64,000 nt of DNA. It comes from Alphaproteobacteria bacterium. Its GTDB lineage: Bacteria > Pseudomonadota > Alphaproteobacteria > UBA6615. The notes under the pieces are model-generated. The model was not told the origin of the DNA, did not search any database, and saw nothing but the letters and a program-made list of their open reading frames with translations. Position numbers and translations under genes: made by a program. The stretch lies in NCBI GenBank assembly GCA_022449545.1, contig JAKUPN010000005.1, positions 3,897-67,896 of the forward strand, read 5' to 3'. Positions 44,630-55,659 of this stretch are shown piece by piece; position 1 is the first letter of the stretch; each line of letters opens with the position of its first letter.

Positions 44630-45045
44630 TTTATTTTTTCACTTAACTCAATCAATTCAATTTTATAACCGTCTGGGTCCTCTAAAAATGCAATAATGGT
44701 TGAGCCATGTTTCATAGGACCAGGAGATCGTGTAATAGTAACTCCTTCTATTTCCATGTTTTTACAAATGTCATAGATATCAAAAACTCCAATAGCAATG
44801 TGGCCAAACCCTGTGCCGTGAGTATAAGGTTCCTTTGGATCCCAATTATACGTTAGTTCAATTACCGTATCTTCTGATTCTTCACCATAACCTACGAAGA
44901 CATTGGTAAATTCACCATCTTTATAATCTTTTCTGCGAATAACCTTCATTCCAAGAATACGAGTATAGAAATCAATAGAACGATCTAGGTTTTGAACACG
45001 TATCATAGTATGCAACAGCCGATACTCACTACTTATCTTATTCAT
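44626..45045 (-). CDS. gloA: Lactoylglutathione lyase (glyoxalase I)
   Basis: LLHTMIRVQNLDRSIDFYTRILGM ... HIAIGV ... DPDGYKIELIE, a VOC-family glyoxalase I pattern. It is 139 aa. Confidence 0.8.
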   Translation of the reverse strand: MNKISSEYRLLHTMIRVQNLDRSIDFYTRILGMKVIRRKDYKDGEFTNVFVGYGEESEDTVIELTYNWDPKEPYTHGTGFGHIAIGVFDIYDICKNMEIEGVTITRSPGPMKHGSTIIAFLEDPDGYKIELIELSEKIK

Positions 45046-45108
45046 TGTTTATCATCCATGATAATCCATTTCTAACCTCGGAGCTCTTGTTCAATTAATG
45101 AAGGTGTA

Positions 45109-46275
45109 TCATCTAAATTCTCGTTTAATACGCATCACTTCTAAAGCAGCTTTCCTACTGGGACTAACATCAGATATTTGGAGTTTCTTTATAACAGCAT
45201 TTTCATCACTTATAATTGCATGTCTTAGATCTCTATCAACAATTAATCGATTGACTTCATTAAAAATCTTAGTCGAATTACAATTTTCTTGAATAAATTC
45301 TGGTAAAACTTCTTTTTGAGCTATCAGGTTTACAATAGAAACATGCTTAACCTTCAACAAAAAACGAGCGAACAAACCTGTTAACCAGGATACTTTGTAA
45401 ATAACAACTGATGGTACCGAGGCACATGCTAGCTCAAGGGTTGCAGTCCCAGATGCTGTTATAGCTATATCGCTTGCAGCATATGCATCATATTTATCTT
45501 TCGAATTATCAATTATAGTGACCGGAACACCTGATATTTTAGTTTTTTCTACAAGGCCTTTAACAGTTGAAACCGTAGGAATAATAACGTGCAAGTCTTT
45601 ATGATTAAGAGCTAGTTTTTCTATCACTCTTATCATGATCGGTAACAATTTTTTTACTTCGGTTAGTCGACTCCCTGGTAAGGCACATAGAACAATACTA
45701 TTTTGGTTAATAGACAATTTCTTACGAAATTCCCTCCCGGCATAGGTAGCTGATCTCGTTTCTATAGCTGGATGACTTACAAAACTGCAGGGCATCTTAA
45801 ATTTCTTAAAAAAATCAGTTTCAAAAGGAAATAATGCCAAAACATGATCTACATATAACTTAAATTTATAAATTCGTTTGGGACGCCATGCCCAAAATTG
45901 TGGGGCAACATAGTGAATTCTTGGCTGGGAGTGTCGTTTTAACTTCTTCAAAACCCTTAAAGAAAAGCTTGGGGAGTCTATTGTCACGATTATATCAGGA
46001 CGAACTCTATCAATTTCTTTGGAAACTTGTCTAATTCTCATTAATATTCTTGGCAAACTAGGTAAAACCTCAGCAAAACCCATCACGGCCAACTGTCGAT
46101 AGTCAAAAAGGCTTCTAAGTCCAGCACTAGTCATTAGTGGCCCACCAACACCACTAAAATAAATCTCAGATTTATTTATATTTTTTAACTCTTTGATTAA
46201 ATAAGATCCAAGTGCATCACCAGAGGGCTCGCCTGCAATCATAAAAACATGAATTCTTTTTCTGTCGTCAGTCAT
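45109..46275 (-). CDS. lpxB: Lipid-A-disaccharide synthase
   Basis: A GT19 family N-terminus (IAGEPSGDALGSYLIKEL) is present. It has the conserved position downstream of lpxI. Confidence 0.9.
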   Translation of the reverse strand: MTDDRKRIHVFMIAGEPSGDALGSYLIKELKNINKSEIYFSGVGGPLMTSAGLRSLFDYRQLAVMGFAEVLPSLPRILMRIRQVSKEIDRVRPDIIVTIDSPSFSLRVLKKLKRHSQPRIHYVAPQFWAWRPKRIYKFKLYVDHVLALFPFETDFFKKFKMPCSFVSHPAIETRSATYAGREFRKKLSINQNSIVLCALPGSRLTEVKKLLPIMIRVIEKLALNHKDLHVIIPTVSTVKGLVEKTKISGVPVTIIDNSKDKYDAYAASDIAITASGTATLELACASVPSVVIYKVSWLTGLFARFLLKVKHVSIVNLIAQKEVLPEFIQENCNSTKIFNEVNRLIVDRDLRHAIISDENAVIKKLQISDVSPSRKAALEVMRIKREFR

Positions 46276-46291
46276 AATTAATTATTAAACA

Positions 46292-47137
46292 TCAATCAAT
46301 TACGTAATCAGCTTTATAATCATTAGGGTTTAATCCAACAATAAATATCCCTTCCTTATTAGCCAATTCTATCGTTTTTTCTGCTTCAATTACCAAAGTC
46401 AGATTTGCTGCTATAGCGATGCCTGATAAACCAGATTCTTTTGCCTTTTGTACAGTTCTAGGACCAATAGCTGGCATATCAACTCTTTTCTCTTGTCCAG
46501 GTTTGGGTAGTTTAATAAGAACTCCACCATTACCTCCATTAGAAATAGATTTACATCTTATTAGCATTTCCTCTGTACCTTCTGCAGCCTCGACAGCTAA
46601 GACCACTTCCTGTGATACAACTACTGACTGTCCAATATCCAGTGACCCGGTTTTATAAAGCACCTCAATACCACGGACTATATCTAGTTCCTGGTCATTA
46701 TTAGGAAAATGAACTCCCAGAATACCGGGTCCAGCAATTAATTCGCTCAGAAGTGAATCCACACCGACCACCTTGAAACCTTCTTCCTCTTCTAAAGACT
46801 TTATAATACCGCTCAAAAGTCCATCATCACCTTTAGAAAAAAAGCCTTTAGAAATAAATTTTGCAGCCCTTCTATCGGGTCTCAGATTAGATAGACTAGG
46901 ACGTTTTATAGGCCCAGCAAGGACTAATTCTTTACAACATTCCTCTCTTAAACGTTTCAGAGCCTCTCCTGCCGCACCTAACCGAACCCAAGAATGAGGG
47001 GCTTCACCTATCATTTTAGGGTCAGCTTGATCTTCAAATGCTATTACAAAATATTCACGATCTGTCTGCTTACAAAAATCAATCAATTTTGCTGGTAACG
47101 ACCCACTTCCTGCTAATATGCCAAGTTTAACTGCCAT
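46292..47137 (-). CDS. lpxI: UDP-2,3-diacylglucosamine pyrophosphatase LpxI (DUF1009). The start is chosen at MAVKLGILAGSG; the track ORF extends to 47164.
   Basis: It has the LGILAGSGSLP N-terminus and the conserved lpxA-lpxI-lpxB arrangement of alphaproteobacteria, which lack lpxH. Confidence 0.75.
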   Translation of the reverse strand: MAVKLGILAGSGSLPAKLIDFCKQTDREYFVIAFEDQADPKMIGEAPHSWVRLGAAGEALKRLREECCKELVLAGPIKRPSLSNLRPDRRAAKFISKGFFSKGDDGLLSGIIKSLEEEEGFKVVGVDSLLSELIAGPGILGVHFPNNDQELDIVRGIEVLYKTGSLDIGQSVVVSQEVVLAVEAAEGTEEMLIRCKSISNGGNGGVLIKLPKPGQEKRVDMPAIGPRTVQKAKESGLSGIAIAANLTLVIEAEKTIELANKEGIFIVGLNPNDYKADYVID

Positions 47138-47927
47138 TAGATATTTTTGGTTGTAAAACAGCACGTGAAGTCTCAGTTCTGATAAATTCTACGATCTCCA
47201 TAACACCGCTATTGTCACCATAAAGAGTTATTACATCGTCAATTCGTTCAGAAAGAGTTCCTTCGTGTGCAAACATTAGTCTGTACGCAGTCCTTAATAT
47301 ATTTATATCCTCTCTAGAAAAATCTCGTCTTTGTAAGCCTATCAAATTTAAACCTCTCAACTTAGCTCTTTCTCCCATAGCTGACCCATAAGGTATTAAG
47401 TCCTGTTCAACTCCAGACATACCTCCAACCATAGCGTGTGCTCCAATTCGTACAAACTGATGTATTCCAGACAGTCCACCTATTATAGCAAAGTCGCCTA
47501 CCTGGACATGACCACCTAAGGTAGCATTATTCGCTAAAATTACGTGATTACCTATAATGCAATCATGAGCCACATGTGAACCAATCATAAAAAGGCAGTC
47601 ATCACCAATTATGGTTTTCATACCTCCGCCTTCTGTTCCAGGATTCATTGTCACGTGTTCTCGAATTTGATTTCTAGCACCTATTATTAATGACGAATCT
47701 TCTCCTTTGTACTTCAAATCCTGTGGTGGAAGACCAATTGAGGCAAAAGGATAAATATTGGTTCCTTCTCCTACAACTGTTTGGCCATCAATAACGACAT
47801 GTGAGTGAAGAAATACACCGTCCCCAATAACTGATTCAGGCCCAATAACACAATAGGGTCCAATTCTTACATCATTGCCAATATTTGCCTGAGACGAAAC
47901 TACTGCAGTGGGATGCACATCAACCAT
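47127..47927 (-). CDS. lpxA: Acyl-ACP--UDP-N-acetylglucosamine O-acyltransferase
   Basis: It has the hexapeptide-repeat left-handed beta-helix with IHPTAVV. Confidence 0.9.
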   Translation of the reverse strand: MVDVHPTAVVSSQANIGNDVRIGPYCVIGPESVIGDGVFLHSHVVIDGQTVVGEGTNIYPFASIGLPPQDLKYKGEDSSLIIGARNQIREHVTMNPGTEGGGMKTIIGDDCLFMIGSHVAHDCIIGNHVILANNATLGGHVQVGDFAIIGGLSGIHQFVRIGAHAMVGGMSGVEQDLIPYGSAMGERAKLRGLNLIGLQRRDFSREDINILRTAYRLMFAHEGTLSERIDDVITLYGDNSGVMEIVEFIRTETSRAVLQPKISNGS

Positions 47928-48410
47928 TTAATCATCCATAATCATTGCTGAGTAAGTTGCTTCAGCAACCACTTGTTCATCCACCCTTGCCTCCCCAGTG
48001 AACTTCCAAACAGAACCACGACTTCTTTGGACTTTTACATCTAACAATAGCTGATCGCCAGGCATTACTGGTTTACGAAATCGAGCATTGTCAATAGTCA
48101 TAAAATAAACCAATTTTCCCTTTGCTCCTTCCCCTAAAGATTCAACGACCAAGACAGCTGCTGTCTGTGCCATAGATTCAATAATCAAAACTCCAGGATA
48201 AACAGGTCGTTTGGGAAAATGACCAGTAAATACTGGCTCATCTTTTGCAATATTTCTAACTCCTATTGCACTCTCGTGTGGGGTAATGTTGATTACTGCA
48301 TCAATCAATAGAAATGGAGGCCTATGTGGAATTAATTCCATTATCTCTTGAATGCTTAATGATTTTTGAGACTCGCTTTTATCGGTTGTTTTTTCTAAAT
48401 CAGAAATCAT
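47928..48410 (-). CDS. fabZ: 3-hydroxyacyl-ACP dehydratase
   Basis: LPHRPPFLLID ... FTGHFP, the hotdog-fold FabZ motifs. Confidence 0.9.
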   Translation of the reverse strand: MISDLEKTTDKSESQKSLSIQEIMELIPHRPPFLLIDAVINITPHESAIGVRNIAKDEPVFTGHFPKRPVYPGVLIIESMAQTAAVLVVESLGEGAKGKLVYFMTIDNARFRKPVMPGDQLLLDVKVQRSRGSVWKFTGEARVDEQVVAEATYSAMIMDD

Positions 48411-48454
48411 CTAAAAAATCCAAATTACTATCTAAGTGTTTGAACTATAAGTGT

Positions 48455-49480
48455 TTATAATTTTTTGTCTTTACTTAATTTTGATAAAATAGAAATCTGA
48501 CGGAAGAATTCTTTTATTGGAACTGCGGGATTTCCTGCTAATCGATCTCCAGTGCTTGTGTTACGCATTATTCCACTTCTTCCAGCCAGTTGTGTGCCTT
48601 CTGCAATACGTATATGCCCAGCTACTCCTGACTGCCCACCTAGTACAACAAATTTTTCCAATGATGCACTACCAGCTATACCCGCCTGTGCCACCACCAC
48701 ACAACCAGTTCCTATTTGGACATTATGACCAATCTGAACTAAGTTATCTATCTTACAACCATCTCCAATAATCGTATCAGGACCTGACCCCCTATCAATA
48801 CAAGAATTAGCCCCAATTTCAACATTATCACCTACGATAACAGTCCCCAATTGAGCAACATCCAAATGTCCTTCAGACGACATATCAAAACCAAATCCTC
48901 TTTGCCCTATTCTAACTCCCGGATGAATATTACAATTATTACCAATGTTGCAGTGGGAAAGTGAGGCATTTTCTCCAATATGGGTTCCCTCACCTATATT
49001 GACCATGTCACCTATAAAAACTCCTGAACCAATATTCGAAAAACTGCCAACTTCTACTCCATCGGAAATCACAGCATTAGCTCCGATGAAGGTAGGAGAA
49101 GCAATTTTAGCCGTCTTTGATATCACTGCAGTACTATGATGATTTGTCACTTCAACATGCTTATCTGGATAAAACATATTGGCTATTCGAGCATAAGACC
49201 TATAGGGCTTCGTACTTACTAGTAAACTCATTCCCTCTGGTGCTTGACTTATCATTTTAGACAATACAATACACGCTTTAGCCTGACTATTTGAAAAAGT
49301 TTCTATATATTTTGGATTATCTAAAAAACTTATGTCAGAAGAAGTAGCTTTTTCCAAGGGGGCTACATCATGAATCAGGATGTCAGGATCAGTATTCGAA
49401 TCGAGTTCAGACTCACCGATATCCGCAAGCTCTCTTAAGGTAAAAGGTCCACGTTTATTAAAAAATTTCTCGTCAGCCAT
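48455..49480 (-). CDS. lpxD: UDP-3-O-acylglucosamine N-acyltransferase
   Basis: It has the hexapeptide repeats and is 341 aa. It sits upstream of fabZ. Confidence 0.9.
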   Translation of the reverse strand: MADEKFFNKRGPFTLRELADIGESELDSNTDPDILIHDVAPLEKATSSDISFLDNPKYIETFSNSQAKACIVLSKMISQAPEGMSLLVSTKPYRSYARIANMFYPDKHVEVTNHHSTAVISKTAKIASPTFIGANAVISDGVEVGSFSNIGSGVFIGDMVNIGEGTHIGENASLSHCNIGNNCNIHPGVRIGQRGFGFDMSSEGHLDVAQLGTVIVGDNVEIGANSCIDRGSGPDTIIGDGCKIDNLVQIGHNVQIGTGCVVVAQAGIAGSASLEKFVVLGGQSGVAGHIRIAEGTQLAGRSGIMRNTSTGDRLAGNPAVPIKEFFRQISILSKLSKDKKL

Positions 49481-49495
49481 TGCACACTGATTATA

Positions 49496-50080
49496 TCATT
49501 TTCCAGGAATAGGTTTAGTTTTTTCTAGTTTAAGGTCAATAGATGGCAATCTTTTATTTAATCTCTTTAAAGCCAACTCAGTTATTTCAAAATCATCTAC
49601 TGCAATAACAATCTGCGACCTCGGAATGATAAGATTAACACCAATTTCAGAAGAGAGCTTCCTTAACTCATCAAATAGAATCATTTGTATCTGATTCATT
49701 GAGCTTCTAAATCCTTTGTCAAGACTCTGACTTAGATTTCTTGATCTTCTTTGTAGATTTCTAATATCAATCTGTAGCTTCTGTTGTTTTTTAGAGAAAA
49801 CCTCTGAAGATAATATGGACCGTTGCTGTTGTAGCTCCTGGTCTCTCTTTCTTAATTTTTTTTCTTCTTCATCTATAATCTTCTGCTCTTGCCGGGCAAT
49901 TATATCCATTTGGCTTCGAGCAGACTTTGCAGAAAGAGCATCTCTTAGTATTACTTGCACATCAACAATAGCGATTTTTACTGTTGGAGCCGAAAACTTG
50001 CTCTGTGCACTAAGCTCTATGCTTTGCCATATAAACATTAGACTAAATAAAGTTATATAAATTAATAATTGTCGTTTCAT
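49496..50080 (-). CDS. skp: OmpH/Skp-family periplasmic chaperone. The start is chosen at MKRQLLIY; the track ORF extends to 50146, into bamA.
   Basis: It has a signal peptide and a long charged coiled-coil region. It sits between bamA and lpxD. Confidence 0.75.
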   Translation of the reverse strand: MKRQLLIYITLFSLMFIWQSIELSAQSKFSAPTVKIAIVDVQVILRDALSAKSARSQMDIIARQEQKIIDEEEKKLRKRDQELQQQRSILSSEVFSKKQQKLQIDIRNLQRRSRNLSQSLDKGFRSSMNQIQMILFDELRKLSSEIGVNLIIPRSQIVIAVDDFEITELALKRLNKRLPSIDLKLEKTKPIPGK

Positions 50081-50099
50081 TTTTTTTACACCACGGATG

Positions 50100-52406
50100 T
50101 TAGAAACGAGTTCCAAAGTTAAAACTAAAAGTTTCAGTTTTATCATAATCCTTTTTCAACAAAGCTGAAGCAAAATCAAACCTTAACGGCCCCATGGGAG
50201 AAAGCCAGCCTAGCCCAATCCCTATGGAAGCTCGCGGTGAAGCATCATCTACTAAATTAGAAAAAGGGTCATCTACTCCCCAAGCTGAGCCAAAATCACT
50301 AAACAGACTTCCTTGAAAATCGAATTCATCTGGTAGTCCAAGCGGGAAGGAGATTTCAGCACTGCCCGAATAGTATTGTTGTCCACCAATGGCATCTTTA
50401 GTAGTTAAATCCCTTGGCCCAACTCCTGCACTATCAAATCCTCTTAAGGACGAACCTCCAAGAAAAAATCGTTTTGTGAGACGAACCTGATCGTTATTAA
50501 ATGTCATCACGTGCCCCATCTCACCTATGAGACTCACCACTGCAGAGGTCCCAAATAATGTTGAGTAAACACCACCTTCAAACTTGTTTCTCAAAAACTT
50601 TGCAGAGCCACCCAAACCAGCAACTTCAACACTATATGAACCAAAGTAACCTTCAGTTGGATTAAATCGTCTGTTTAAGTGATCTAAACGAAACTCATTT
50701 AAAACACTTGACGTAACGTGACTTCCTGCTTGTGATTTAACGACTTCAGATGCAAGGGCCGGAACATTGTCTATATTTTGACGAGCCAAGGAATATCTAA
50801 CAGTGTGTCTTAATTTCGGCTCAAGGTTATAACTCATACGTAAACCAAAACCCTGTTGATCTTCTTCAAAGGAGCTTTGACTGGATAAGTCAGCTGTTCT
50901 AACAAATACATTGAAGCCAGCCGCCACATCTCTCTCTAAAAAGTAGGGTTCAGTGAAACTAAGATCTACTCTTTGCTGTTCTGCCCCAATATTCAAACTA
51001 AGACGGAGATCCTGACCGCGACCTAATAAATTTCTTTCACGAACCGATATGTCTCCGAGAGGTCCTCCAGCAGAAGAAAACCCAGCTCCGATAGACAGCT
51101 CCCCAGTGGATTTTTCTTCAACCGATACATCAATTATAGTCCTATCTGAAGACGACCCAGGCTGGTTGGTAATATCAACTCGTTCAAAAAAGCCTAGATC
51201 AAATAATCTCTGACGACTTATTCTTAACTTAGCTGTGTTAAACGCATCGCCTTCTAATATTGAAAATTCTCTTCTTATAACCTTATCAAGAGTGCGCACA
51301 TTGCCTCTTATGTTTATGCGCTCAACATAAACACGTGGCCCTTCACTAATTTCATAAGTTATGTTCAGAGTTTTTTGTTGCCTAATCTTTTTAACACGTG
51401 GCCTCACGTCTACAAATGCAAAACCTCTAGCACCAAGATCATTAGTAAGAGACTGAACAGTTTCCTCAACTTTATTAGCATCATATGTTTCACCCTGTGA
51501 ACCTATGACAAGAGATTTCAGGTCATCAGCCGATAGATTTGATAATCTGTTAACTACTTCAACATTACCAAAAGTATATTTTTCACCTTCATCAACAGTA
51601 AATGTAATAACAAAATCATTCCGGTCATCAGTCAATTCTGCAATTGCTGAAACAACAGTAAAATCAGCATATCCTTCAGATAAATAAAACCTTCTCAATA
51701 ATTCACGATCATAGGAAACTCTATCAGGGTCATAGGTGTCATCTGAGGAAAATATACGCCAAAATGCAGACTCATGAGTTCGAATAATGTCTCTTAATTT
51801 CGAATCCGAATATTTTATATTTCCAATAAAATGAATTGCGCGTATTCCATTTAGAGGCCCCTCAACGATCTCAAACACTAAATCAACTCTATTTTCTGAT
51901 AATTGAATGACCTTAGGCTCAACTGTTGCGCCAAAGCGGCCAGTCCGTCTGTAAATATTAAGCAAGCGCTTAACATCATTTTGAACTTTGGTTCGCGTGT
52001 AGACTACTCTTGGACGCAGTGAAACTTCTGATTTGAGGACTTCATCATCAAGTTTTTTGTTTCCCTCAAATGAAATACGATTAATAATTGGATTCTCAAC
52101 GACCTTTACAATTAGTGTACTCCCGTCCTTTTCAATAACCACATCAGCGAATAGCCCGGTATTAAAAAGACTCTTTAGAGATGCATCAACAAGAGTTGGA
52201 CTATAAGTATCTCCTAATTTAATTTTTAAATAAGATATAATTGTTGTTGGTTCAATTCTTTTGACGCCCTCCACGCGTACACTGTCGATAGTCACTATGC
52301 TCTGCCCAGAAAAAGCAAAAGGACTATGCAAAACAGTGTTTATTGAAGAAACAATTGTTATAAACACAAATGCCACGACAACACGTGTCATCATTACGAG
52401 CCTCAT
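50100..52406 (-). CDS. bamA: Outer membrane protein assembly factor BamA
   Basis: A signal peptide and five POTRA-like repeats are followed by a C-terminal beta-barrel ending in ...FNFGTRF. Confidence 0.9.
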   Translation of the reverse strand: MRLVMMTRVVVAFVFITIVSSINTVLHSPFAFSGQSIVTIDSVRVEGVKRIEPTTIISYLKIKLGDTYSPTLVDASLKSLFNTGLFADVVIEKDGSTLIVKVVENPIINRISFEGNKKLDDEVLKSEVSLRPRVVYTRTKVQNDVKRLLNIYRRTGRFGATVEPKVIQLSENRVDLVFEIVEGPLNGIRAIHFIGNIKYSDSKLRDIIRTHESAFWRIFSSDDTYDPDRVSYDRELLRRFYLSEGYADFTVVSAIAELTDDRNDFVITFTVDEGEKYTFGNVEVVNRLSNLSADDLKSLVIGSQGETYDANKVEETVQSLTNDLGARGFAFVDVRPRVKKIRQQKTLNITYEISEGPRVYVERINIRGNVRTLDKVIRREFSILEGDAFNTAKLRISRQRLFDLGFFERVDITNQPGSSSDRTIIDVSVEEKSTGELSIGAGFSSAGGPLGDISVRERNLLGRGQDLRLSLNIGAEQQRVDLSFTEPYFLERDVAAGFNVFVRTADLSSQSSFEEDQQGFGLRMSYNLEPKLRHTVRYSLARQNIDNVPALASEVVKSQAGSHVTSSVLNEFRLDHLNRRFNPTEGYFGSYSVEVAGLGGSAKFLRNKFEGGVYSTLFGTSAVVSLIGEMGHVMTFNNDQVRLTKRFFLGGSSLRGFDSAGVGPRDLTTKDAIGGQQYYSGSAEISFPLGLPDEFDFQGSLFSDFGSAWGVDDPFSNLVDDASPRASIGIGLGWLSPMGPLRFDFASALLKKDYDKTETFSFNFGTRF

Positions 52407-52452
52407 AATTAGACGCCTTCCTTTAATTTCGGCCTTTTATTTAAAATCACTA

Positions 52453-53571
52453 TCACTTAACAAACAAGTCATTAACCAGATCATTATAAATCCCTTCTAA
52501 ATCATTATACGTTGCAAACAGCATGAGGCTAATCAAAAGAACTAGGCCCAACTTTAAACCAATATCAACAACTTTAGGATGTGGGGGGGCCCGAAACACA
52601 AATTCATAAGCATAAAACAACAGATGCCCACCATCCAGCAATGGAATAGGTAACAGGTTTATTAAACCAAGATTGACCGATAGAAGAGCGGCTATAAAAA
52701 TTAGAGATGCTATGCCTGTTTCCGCTGCCTTACCTGATATTTGAGCTATCCTTATAGGACCGCCAAGTTGCTTTGCGCTTCTATCACCACTTATTATCTG
52801 TGCCACACCTGTTACCATAACTGTTGAAAGATGAGCAGTAGCCCTTAAAGATTGCCACACGGCCTCTATTGGCCCATGTTTTATGAACTCTCGAGCCGTA
52901 CCCCTGACCCCTATGCGACCAATTTTTATTTCAGCACCCAATCCATCAGAAGCAATAACAACAGAAGGGGTAATAGGTATTTTTATTATTGATCCTTCTC
53001 TCTGAATAGATATGTTTATTGGAATGCCAGGATGCAGTTGCACTAACTGAGCCACCTCCTCAAAACGACTTACCTTACTACCTGCCACCTCAACAAAGAA
53101 ATCATCCTCTTTTAATCCAGCTTCATCCGCAACTGAACCAGAAACTATCCCTGTTATTTTAGCTGGTGTAAAGGACTGCCCAATTGTAGAAAATGAGATG
53201 GCTAATATTAAAACTGCAAATAGAATATTTGCTATTGGCCCTGCTGCTACAATAGCAGCTCTTTGCCCAAGCCTTTTATGAGAGAAGGATACGCTTTGTT
53301 CTTCATTAGTAAGAAATGATTCATCAACTTCTGAAGTAATATCAGACTGACCAAACATTTTTACATAACCACCTAGGGGGATAAGGCTGAACTTCCATCT
53401 AGTTCCTAGTTTGTCTGTCCAACCAAATATCTCTTTTCCAAACCCAACAGAAAAAACTTCCACACGAACTCCATTCTTTCTAGCCACCCAATAATGACCA
53501 AGTTCATGAACAAAAACTAAAGGAGTTAAAACGACCAATAAACCAATAATTGGTAAAAGTATTTCACTCAT
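52453..53571 (-). CDS. rseP: Site-2 zinc metalloprotease RseP
   Basis: The HExxH motif (VHELGHYWVARKNG) and a PDZ domain are present, with a C-terminal LDGG motif. Confidence 0.9.
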   Translation of the reverse strand: MSEILLPIIGLLVVLTPLVFVHELGHYWVARKNGVRVEVFSVGFGKEIFGWTDKLGTRWKFSLIPLGGYVKMFGQSDITSEVDESFLTNEEQSVSFSHKRLGQRAAIVAAGPIANILFAVLILAISFSTIGQSFTPAKITGIVSGSVADEAGLKEDDFFVEVAGSKVSRFEEVAQLVQLHPGIPINISIQREGSIIKIPITPSVVIASDGLGAEIKIGRIGVRGTAREFIKHGPIEAVWQSLRATAHLSTVMVTGVAQIISGDRSAKQLGGPIRIAQISGKAAETGIASLIFIAALLSVNLGLINLLPIPLLDGGHLLFYAYEFVFRAPPHPKVVDIGLKLGLVLLISLMLFATYNDLEGIYNDLVNDLFVK

Positions 53572-53625
53572 TTATACACCACGTAAAAATTATAAAAAAT
53601 AATTGAGAAGGTACGGGTCATATAT

Positions 53626-54825
53626 TTAGCTCCAAGAATTAACAAGTGTATGGGTTGTTTCCCTTGATTCATGATCCAGTTCCTCAAAATCCTCAAGAGA
53701 CTTGATTGGATACCCTGTCACTTTAGACAATGTTGCATCAACAATAGAAGCAATATCGAGAAAGCCAATTCTTTTATTTATAAAATTTTCAACGGCAATT
53801 TCATTAGAAGCATTCAAGACTGCAGTACTTCCGTTGCCTTCCGCTAAGGCATCCCTTGCCAATTTAAGAGAAGGAAATTTATTCAAATTCGGTTCCTCAA
53901 ACGTCAAGTTTCCAAGTTTCGAAAAATCTATTCTTTCAGACGGAGCCATCATACGATGTGGCCAAGCCAAAGTATAAGATATGGGGGTACGCATATCAGG
54001 AGCACCCATTTGAGACAATATCGAGCCATCTATATACGCCACCATAGAATGAACAACTGACTGAGGATGGATTACTATATCTATCTTCTCATGAGATATA
54101 GGAAAAAAGTATGCAGCTTCAATCAATTCTAGTCCCTTATTCATCAGAGTTGCTGAATCTATAGAAATTTTTTGTCCCATATCCCAGTTTGGATGCAACA
54201 TCGCTTGATTAGGTGTAGCTTTTGCCATTTCATTTACTGTCCAACCAAGAAAAGGCCCTCCGGATGCAGTGAGTATAACTCGTTCTACTTCAGAATAATT
54301 CTTTTCGGCTAGAATCTGAAAAATAGCGTTATGTTCCGAATCAATTGGTAGAAGAACAGTTTTCGATTTCTGAACTTCATCCATCACAACATCTCCTGCA
54401 CACACAAGACATTCCTTATTTGCTAAAGCAACAATTTTTCCCTGTCTAATTGCAGATAAAGTTGGACGGAGACCTGCAGAACCAACAATAGCCGACACAA
54501 CTATATCGGCTGATCGCTCAGCTACCTCTATGATTGATCTTACGCCAGATACAACTTCTACCGAGCTACCAGATAAGGCCTCCTTTAATTCACGTAATCG
54601 CTGGCTATCACTAATAGCTATAATTTCTGGTTCGAGTATTCGTGCTTGCTCAGCCAAAAGTTCAATATTCGATTGGGCAGTGAGAGCAATAACTTTAAAT
54701 TGATCCCTATTACTAGATAATAAATCAACTGTACTTCTACCTATAGACCCGGTGGATCCTAAGATAGAAACAGTTCGTTGTTTATTCTCACTTTGTGGAA
54801 GTTTTATTGAATCATTAATAGTCAC
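53626..54825 (-). CDS. dxr: 1-deoxy-D-xylulose 5-phosphate reductoisomerase
   Basis: VSILGSTGSIGRST, the NADPH-binding N-terminus. It is 399 aa. Confidence 0.9.
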   Translation of the reverse strand: MTINDSIKLPQSENKQRTVSILGSTGSIGRSTVDLLSSNRDQFKVIALTAQSNIELLAEQARILEPEIIAISDSQRLRELKEALSGSSVEVVSGVRSIIEVAERSADIVVSAIVGSAGLRPTLSAIRQGKIVALANKECLVCAGDVVMDEVQKSKTVLLPIDSEHNAIFQILAEKNYSEVERVILTASGGPFLGWTVNEMAKATPNQAMLHPNWDMGQKISIDSATLMNKGLELIEAAYFFPISHEKIDIVIHPQSVVHSMVAYIDGSILSQMGAPDMRTPISYTLAWPHRMMAPSERIDFSKLGNLTFEEPNLNKFPSLKLARDALAEGNGSTAVLNASNEIAVENFINKRIGFLDIASIVDATLSKVTGYPIKSLEDFEELDHESRETTHTLVNSWS

Positions 54826-55655
54826 AAGAACGCGATATCCCTTAGCAATAAAGTGATCAGAAGCATTATAGGAGCGGAAGTTAAAAGTCCATCTATCCGA
54901 TCAAGTATTCCACCATGTCCTGGTATAATTGATCCTGAATCTTTTTTATTAAATCGTCGTTTAACCCATGACTCAAATAGGTCTCCTATTTGGGCCACAA
55001 TAGAAAGAATAACAGCTAGAAACAGCAAGGTCTGAGATGTTTTGTTTTCCAAAATATTATACAAAATGATGGCACTAACTAAAGAAAATAATAAACCTCC
55101 AAAAGCCCCCGACCATGTTTTTTGTGGGCTAATAGAGGGCACTAGTTTAGGCCCTCCAAATAGACTACCAACAAAATAAGCACCAATATCAGTCATCCAG
55201 ACCATAATAAATAGGAATAAAACATATTCTAGCCCAAAAAAGTTATTCATTCTTAGCTTTATAATACATATCATTGGTAAGCAGAGATAACAGATGCCAA
55301 AACTCAACCATAACCGGCTATAGAAAAGACGACTGTTAGTAAAACCACATATCAATGCAAAAATAATGATAGATACAAGCGCAATCTCAAAACCCCAGTA
55401 AAAATATATTACCGATATAATTGGCCCTATTAGAGAGTAACAAATATTAATAATTAAACTTTTTTCACCACACAATCTGGACCATTCGAAAATGGCTATG
55501 CCGATTGTTAAAGAAACAAAGCTTATAAACCATAAACCACCCTCATAGGTTACCACCAAGACAAGTGGTAATAATAATAAGGTTGTAATTAACCGAGTAA
55601 AGAAGTTCTTGTATGTCACAGATCGTCTTATGAGAAGATTTCTAGACTGAGGCAT
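54822..55655 (-). CDS. cdsA: Phosphatidate cytidylyltransferase. The start is chosen at MPQSRN; the track ORF extends to 55685, into uppS.
   Basis: It is a multi-TM protein with the C-terminal CTP-transferase motif (SWVKRRFNKKDSGSIIPGHGGILDRIDG). Confidence 0.85.
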   Translation of the reverse strand: MPQSRNLLIRRSVTYKNFFTRLITTLLLLPLVLVVTYEGGLWFISFVSLTIGIAIFEWSRLCGEKSLIINICYSLIGPIISVIYFYWGFEIALVSIIIFALICGFTNSRLFYSRLWLSFGICYLCLPMICIIKLRMNNFFGLEYVLFLFIMVWMTDIGAYFVGSLFGGPKLVPSISPQKTWSGAFGGLLFSLVSAIILYNILENKTSQTLLFLAVILSIVAQIGDLFESWVKRRFNKKDSGSIIPGHGGILDRIDGLLTSAPIMLLITLLLRDIAFL

Positions 55656-55659
55656 TATC

